From Candidatus Latescibacterota bacterium (lineage in GTDB: Bacteria > Latescibacterota > UBA2968): a stretch of DNA of 32,161 nt. The position numbers and the translations under genes were made by a program. A model generated the notes under the pieces. The model was given only the letters and a program-made list of their open reading frames with translations, made no database searches and had not been told where the DNA came from. Positions 27,108 through 32,161 of the stretch are shown here, in pieces (the first letter of the stretch is position 1; every line of letters begins with the position of its first letter). The DNA lies in contig JAYODI010000011.1 in NCBI GenBank assembly GCA_038279365.1, forward strand, positions 13,395 to 45,555, written 5' to 3'.

Positions 27108-28052
27108 ATGACCGACAAAAACAACACACTTGATTTATCTACAAAAATCACCAAAGATTTAACCATTCAAAATCCAGTTATGATGGCTTCTGGCACATTT
27201 GGACATGGTGCCGAATATGCATCGCTCTTTGACCTTGGCAAACTTGGCGGCATTGTTACCAAAACCATTACCTTTCATCCGCGCGCAGGCAACCCACCTC
27301 CACGCACAGCCGAAACGGCATCGGGCATGCTCAATTCGATTGGGCTTACCAACCCAGGCATAGATGGTTTTATTGCCGAAAAAGTACCCCCTCTGGCCGC
27401 GCTCAATACATGTCGCGTGGTGAGCATTGCAGGTACGTCCGATGAAGAGTTTGCCGAAATGGCCCGTCGCTTTAACGACTTAGACGGTGTCGATGCACTT
27501 GAACTCAACATTTCTTCGCCCAACATGAAAGACGGTGGCATGCTCTTTGGATGTTCCGAAACAGGAGCCCATGCCGTTACCAAAGCTGTTAAAGCCGTAT
27601 CCAAATTGCCTATCATTGTCAAACTCACACCCAATGTCACCGACATTACCGCCATTGCCAAAGCTGTAGAAGACGGCGGTGCAGATGGCATTGCCATGAT
27701 CAACACACTACTTGGCATGGCCATTAACATCAACACACGACGCCCCATTTTGGGCAACATCACAGGTGGTCTTTCTGGCCCAGCCATTAAACCTGTTGCC
27801 CTTGCCCTCACCTGGAAAGTAGTCAACACGGTTTCCATACCCGTCATTGGCATGGGGGGCATTACCACCGCACGTGACGCACTCGAATTTCTTATCATCG
27901 GCGCATCTGCCGTTCAGGTTGGCACAGCCACCTTTGTCCATCCAGGCGCTGCGTTAGAGGTCATAGATGGCATTGCTGACTACTGTCAAACAAATGGAAT
28001 GGCGAACCTATCTGAACTCATTGGTAGCCTTCAACCGCCACAAACCCATTAA
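27108..28052 (+). CDS. pyrD: Dihydroorotate dehydrogenase B catalytic subunit (family 1B)
   Basis: NPVMMASGTFG, GNPPPR.AET..GMLNSIGL.NPG, KLTPNVTDI, INT, GGLSGPAIKPVAL, GASAVQVGTA. Adjacent to pyrK. Confidence 0.95.
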   Translation: MTDKNNTLDLSTKITKDLTIQNPVMMASGTFGHGAEYASLFDLGKLGGIVTKTITFHPRAGNPPPRTAETASGMLNSIGLTNPGIDGFIAEKVPPLAALNTCRVVSIAGTSDEEFAEMARRFNDLDGVDALELNISSPNMKDGGMLFGCSETGAHAVTKAVKAVSKLPIIVKLTPNVTDITAIAKAVEDGGADGIAMINTLLGMAININTRRPILGNITGGLSGPAIKPVALALTWKVVNTVSIPVIGMGGITTARDALEFLIIGASAVQVGTATFVHPGAALEVIDGIADYCQTNGMANLSELIGSLQPPQTH

Positions 28053-28059
28053 AAATCTC

Positions 28060-28575
28060 GTGAGATATATTCTCATATTGTGTGCCCTGCTCACACTATC
28101 TGGGTGTGTCTCACATCCACGCTATCGCACCAAACCCGTCACATCAAACCCCACCAAACCCAAACCTGACAAACCCAAGTCAGAACCTGCAAAGAACAAA
28201 ACACCAGACAAAAAAAAAGCCCCATCGGGTAACGCTTCAGGCTTGCCAGTAGATCTCACACGCATCAAAAGTGAACCCTACCAAATTGGCAATTCCTCAT
28301 ACTATGCCCACAAGTTTCATGGCCGCCCCACGGCCAGCGGCGAAATTTTTGACATGAATGGACTCTCTGCGGCACACAGAGAACTGCCCCTGGGCACCAT
28401 CATTCGCGTGACACACCTTGGCAATGGAAAATCGGTCACCCTCAAAGTCAATGACCGAGGCCCATTTATTGAAGGTCGCATTCTCGATTTATCACTGGGT
28501 GCCGCCCGAGAACTCGAAATGATAGAAGAAGGCGTGGCCAAAGTCATGATCGAAATTGTCAAACCCGTCGATTAA
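28060..28575 (+). CDS. rlpA: RlpA-family lytic transglycosylase lipoprotein (DPBB domain, no SPOR domain)
   Basis: GTG start, lipobox LSGC, Pro/Lys linker, SYY..KFHGR.TASGE.FD, AAHRELPLG, VNDRGPF..GRILDLS. Confidence 0.92.
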   Translation: MRYILILCALLTLSGCVSHPRYRTKPVTSNPTKPKPDKPKSEPAKNKTPDKKKAPSGNASGLPVDLTRIKSEPYQIGNSSYYAHKFHGRPTASGEIFDMNGLSAAHRELPLGTIIRVTHLGNGKSVTLKVNDRGPFIEGRILDLSLGAARELEMIEEGVAKVMIEIVKPVD

Positions 28576-28583
28576 CCTATTCG

Positions 28584-28612
28584 TTGACGATCCGTATTTC
28601 GCATTGTATGTT
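28584..28612 (+). promoter_or_regulatory. Putative sigma70 promoter
   Basis: TTGACG-N17-TATGTT upstream of the PQQ dehydrogenase gene. Confidence 0.45.
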
Positions 28613-28658
28613 TCTAAGCCTTCATAAATTATCCATATCACCACACAAGGAGTACTGT

Positions 28659-30077
28659 ATGGCGAAGTTGTGTTATTTTTTTATCTGTTTGGTTTTCTCT
28701 TATGGTTCATCATTTGCTCAAGAAGTGCCCGAAGGCCAACGTTTATATGGCCAATATTGTGGTCAATGCCACGGTGCAAAACTCCAAGGTGGAAATGCCA
28801 AAAGCTTAATCACAGGTTCATGGAACCATGGCAGTGGCAATCAATTTAGAAATATCAAACACGGTATCACCCATGTGGGTATGCCTGCATTTGGAAACGT
28901 ACTCACAGATGATCAAATTCGGGCCATTGTCAATTACCTCAAAGAAGAAGAAAAGAAAGCCCAACCCGAACCGCCTCCATTGCCAGATCAATTGCTCTCT
29001 CAAGATTATGAAATTGCCTTAGATGTTTTTGCAGAAGGGTTACAAACACCTTGGGCCATCGATTTTATTGATGCCAATCTGGCCCTCATTACCGAACGCC
29101 CCGGTCGCGTGCGTGTGGTCAAAAATGGCCAACTTCAACCCGAGCCCGTCTCTGGCACACCCGCAGTTATTGCAGAAGGTCAAGGGGGGCTTTTAGATGT
29201 GGCCATTGACCCCAACTATGCAAGCAATGGTTGGATCTACTTGTCTTATAGCCACCTCTTGCGCGAAGCCCAAGGTGATGAACGGCGTGGTCCTGCCATG
29301 ACCCGCATCGTGCGTGGTCACATCAAAAACAATACGTGGGTTGACGAACAAGTCATTTACGAAGCACCTCACGAAACCTATCGCACCACCCGCCATCACT
29401 ATGGCAGCCGCATCGTTTTTGACCCACAAGGTTACCTCTACTTTTCCATAGGTGATCGTGGTGCTGGCGACCAAGCCCAAGACCTCAGTCGCCCCAATGG
29501 CAAAATTCACCGCATCTATCCCGATGGCAAAATCCCTACAGACAACCCCTTTTACAACCAAAAAGGTGCACTCAAAACCATCTACTCTTATGGCCACCGC
29601 AACCCACAAGGTTTAGCAGTACACCCCGTAACAGGACGCGTTTGGGATACCGAACATGGCCCCATGGGTGGCGATGAACTCAACTTAATCAGCAAGGGCA
29701 AAAACTATGGGTGGCCAGAAATTACATACGGCCTCAATTACAACGGCACCATCGTTTCTGACTTTGTGCGTAAAGAAGGCATGGAACAACCCAACTACTA
29801 TTGGAAACCCTCCATTGCAGCTTGTGGACTCGATTTCTACAGCGGTGATCTCTTTCCCAAATGGAAAAATCAACTCATGGCCGGTGGTCTCGCTTATGAA
29901 GTCATGAGCTTGTTAAACATCGAAGCAGACCGTGTGATGCACGAAGAGGTGGTGGTCAAAAGCTTGGGGCGGGTGCGCGATGTTACCACAGGTCCAGATG
30001 GTGCCATTTATGTCGTATTAAATGGCCCAAACAAAGTCATACGGCTCACACCCATTGCAACCCGATTCATCAAATAG
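28659..30077 (+). CDS. PQQ-dependent glucose/sorbosone dehydrogenase family protein with N-terminal cytochrome c domain
   Basis: Signal peptide (SFA-Q), CGQCHG heme motif and GMPAF; PWAI.F, TERPGR, GQGGLLDV..DP, HYGSRI.F, YGHRNPQG, EHGP.GGDELN, NYGWP, GRVRDV..GPDG. AAGGAG RBS. Confidence 0.92.
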   Translation: MAKLCYFFICLVFSYGSSFAQEVPEGQRLYGQYCGQCHGAKLQGGNAKSLITGSWNHGSGNQFRNIKHGITHVGMPAFGNVLTDDQIRAIVNYLKEEEKKAQPEPPPLPDQLLSQDYEIALDVFAEGLQTPWAIDFIDANLALITERPGRVRVVKNGQLQPEPVSGTPAVIAEGQGGLLDVAIDPNYASNGWIYLSYSHLLREAQGDERRGPAMTRIVRGHIKNNTWVDEQVIYEAPHETYRTTRHHYGSRIVFDPQGYLYFSIGDRGAGDQAQDLSRPNGKIHRIYPDGKIPTDNPFYNQKGALKTIYSYGHRNPQGLAVHPVTGRVWDTEHGPMGGDELNLISKGKNYGWPEITYGLNYNGTIVSDFVRKEGMEQPNYYWKPSIAACGLDFYSGDLFPKWKNQLMAGGLAYEVMSLLNIEADRVMHEEVVVKSLGRVRDVTTGPDGAIYVVLNGPNKVIRLTPIATRFIK

Positions 30078-30152
30078 GCAGTGACGCTTTCCAAATCCAA
30101 TGAGACGGCTAAAAAGCAGGTGAATACTTGCTTATCCGTAAGGAGAAAATGA

Positions 30153-30596
30153 ATGGCCAAAGCACACACCCTTGCCAGTTCGGTCATTGATGCCCCCATT
30201 GAAAAAGTGTGGGCAACCATACGCGACTTTAATGCCTTACCAGCTTGGCACCCTGCAATTGCCGATAGCCAAATTGAAAAAGGGGAACCCAGCGACAAAA
30301 TTGGTTGTATTCGCAACTTCAACCTCAAAGACGGAGGCAACATTCGCGAACAACTGCTCACCTTAAGCGACATAGCACACACCTGTACGTATTCCATTCT
30401 TGAATCACCCATGCCCGTTGAAAATTATGTGGCCACGTTGCGCTTGCTCAAAATCACCGATGGCAACCGAACCTACATTGAGTGGTCAGCTGAGTTTAAC
30501 ACACCACCCGAAGCAGAAGCAGAAATGGTTGCACTTGTAGGTGGCGGCGTATTTCAAGGCGGCATTGATGCACTCAAAAACATTTTAGAAGCTTAA
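30153..30596 (+). CDS. SRPBCC / polyketide cyclase-like protein
   Basis: IDAP.EKVW..IRDFN.LP.WHP, GC.R, E.L, YSI..SPMPV.NY.ATL, EW..EF. AAGGAG RBS. Confidence 0.88.
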   Translation: MAKAHTLASSVIDAPIEKVWATIRDFNALPAWHPAIADSQIEKGEPSDKIGCIRNFNLKDGGNIREQLLTLSDIAHTCTYSILESPMPVENYVATLRLLKITDGNRTYIEWSAEFNTPPEAEAEMVALVGGGVFQGGIDALKNILEA

Positions 30597-30610
30597 CACA
30601 ACATCACCAC

Positions 30611-30650
30611 AAAACCCCGTTAGAACAGGATTCTAACGGGGTTTCTTTTC
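30611..30650 (+). terminator. Intrinsic terminator
   Basis: AAACCCCGTTAGAA-cagga-TTCTAACGGGGTTT-CTTTT. Confidence 0.85.
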
Positions 30651-30671
30651 ATCGCATCAAAGGAACATCGC

Positions 30672-32161
30672 ATGGCCAACCTCTTTCTTGGATTGGACTC
30701 CAGTACTCAAAGCCTCAGTGCCATCCTCATCGACCTCGACAAAAAAAAAATCGTCTACGAAACGTCTCTCAACTACGACGATGCCCTCCCACATTATGAC
30801 ACCGAAAACGGCGTCTTAAAAACCAGTGATCCCCAAATTGCTCCCACCCCCCCCATACTATGGGCCGAAGCATTAGATGTACTCCTTGCCAAAATGAAAC
30901 ACGAAGGTGTCCCCCTCAACCAAATCAAAGCCATTTCGGGCTCAGGGCAGCAACACGGTTCAGTGTACCTCAATCAAAGAGCTTCTCACGCCTTATCAAA
31001 CCTCAACGCCAGCAAAACCCTCGTAGAAAACCTCACCAATATCTTTTCACGAAAAACTTCCCCCATTTGGATGGATTCTTCCACGCGACCCGAATGCGAT
31101 GAAATTTGCGACACCCTGGGTGGGCTTCAAGCCACAGCAGAAATCACAGGATCCACCACATTTGAAAGATTCACTGGCCCACAAATTCGCAAGTTTTACA
31201 AAAACGAACCCGATGCCTATCAACAAACCGCACACATCATGCTCGTCAGCTCATTTATGGCATCCATCCTCTCTGGCACCATTGCCCCCATAGACCACGG
31301 AGATGGGGCTGGCATGAACCTCATGAACATCCAAACGCGCCAATGGCATCCAAAAGCCTTAGATGCCACGGCTCCCAATCTAAAAGATCGCCTTCCACCC
31401 TTGGCCAAACCCTGGACGATCATAGGCCCCATCAGCACGTACTTCGTCAATAAGTATGGTTTTGATCCAAACACCCAAACACTCACGTGGTCAGGTGACA
31501 ACCCCAACAGCGTGATCGGCTTGGGTCTCATTCAAGAAGGCATGGTCGCCATTTCTTTGGGCACCAGCGACACCTACTTTGGCACCATGCAAACTTGCCA
31601 AACCGACCCGCGTGGTGAAGGACACGTATTTGTCTCCCCCACAGGTGACTACATGAGCCTCATCTGCTTCAAAAATGGGTCATTGGCCCGCGAAGCCATT
31701 GCCGAACAATTTGGCCTCAATTGGGATGGTTTTTCACAAGCCCTTCAAGCAACACCTCCAGGCAACAATGGCAAAATTTTACTGCCCTATTTTGAGCCCG
31801 AAATCGTACCCAATGTGCTCACACCCGGCATCCACCGTTTCGACTTAGATGAAAACGATGCAGAGGCTCACTGCCGTGCCGTTGTAGAGGCCCAAATGAT
31901 GTCGATGCGCATTCACGCACAATGGATGAGCGTGCGCCCATCAGCCATCTATGTTACGGGGGGAGCATCGGTCAACACAGACATCTTGCAAATTATGGCC
32001 GATGTACAAAATTGTTCCGTTTATCAATTTGCAGTCACCAACAGCGCCGCATTGGGTGCCGCATTGCGTGCCGCACATGGCTATTTATTTTCATCAAATA
32101 CAGCCACCACTTGGCAAAACATCATTGCCGGATTTGCTGAGCCCATTTCAGGATCAGAAAT
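30672..32161 (+). CDS. xylB: Xylulokinase, FGGY family, eukaryote-like subtype; 3' end runs off the window
   Basis: Not in the ORF track; translated by hand from ATG 30672 (AAGGA RBS): FLGLDSSTQS, ISGSGQQHGSVY, SPIWMDSST, ERFTGPQIRK, GDG.GMNL, GDNPNS, SLGTSDT, CFKNGSLARE. Confidence 0.92.
   Translation, partial: MANLFLGLDSSTQSLSAILIDLDKKKIVYETSLNYDDALPHYDTENGVLKTSDPQIAPTPPILWAEALDVLLAKMKHEGVPLNQIKAISGSGQQHGSVYLNQRASHALSNLNASKTLVENLTNIFSRKTSPIWMDSSTRPECDEICDTLGGLQATAEITGSTTFERFTGPQIRKFYKNEPDAYQQTAHIMLVSSFMASILSGTIAPIDHGDGAGMNLMNIQTRQWHPKALDATAPNLKDRLPPLAKPWTIIGPISTYFVNKYGFDPNTQTLTWSGDNPNSVIGLGLIQEGMVAISLGTSDTYFGTMQTCQTDPRGEGHVFVSPTGDYMSLICFKNGSLAREAIAEQFGLNWDGFSQALQATPPGNNGKILLPYFEPEIVPNVLTPGIHRFDLDENDAEAHCRAVVEAQMMSMRIHAQWMSVRPSAIYVTGGASVNTDILQIMADVQNCSVYQFAVTNSAALGAALRAAHGYLFSSNTATTWQNIIAGFAEPISGSE

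Noticed and set aside
30741-30750. A10 tract near the start of xylB as a frameshift or phase-variation site
   Set aside because: The frame is intact (KKKI) and nothing indicates length variation. The gene is missing from the ORF track only because it runs off the window.

Overview
Bacterial chromosomal segment with no CRISPR array, rRNA, integrase or transposase that I can see. The left half (1-16,000) is mostly carbohydrate/peptide catabolism and small enzymes: a sensor-less histidine kinase (partial), two beta-propellers, M55 peptidase, RidA, methyltransferase, GlpE, gluconokinase, a sulfatase-like hydrolase, TIM-barrel isomerase, ManA, esterase, KGSA-type aldehyde dehydrogenase and a heparinase II/III protein. 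The centre is a translation locus: tRNA-Gln(TTG), tRNA-Gln(CTG), gltX, tRNA-Ser(GCT) and tRNA-Ser(TGA). The right half is a + strand run: nnr, a hypothetical, carB in two pieces, a TPR-TonB lipoprotein, pyrK, pyrD, rlpA, a cytochrome c/PQQ dehydrogenase fusion, an SRPBCC protein and a eukaryote-type xylulokinase (partial). Gene content suggests an FCB-group, possibly Latescibacterota-like, heterotroph (inference only). Most notable: (1) carB is broken exactly at a CCC_TAA +1 shift-prone site with the +1 frame open, so it could be a programmed frameshift, a true fission or an indel; (2) a family-1B PyrD has Ser in place of the catalytic Cys; (3) a SprE/PorW-like TPR lipoprotein is fused to a TonB C-terminal domain; (4) a sulfatase-like protein has a Thr nucleophile motif; (5) two genes carry single in-frame nonsense codons at conserved residues; (6) several intergenic heptamer-repeat elements occur. 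I did not find a clear-cut novel multi-gene system. All family calls come from motif recognition, not database searches.
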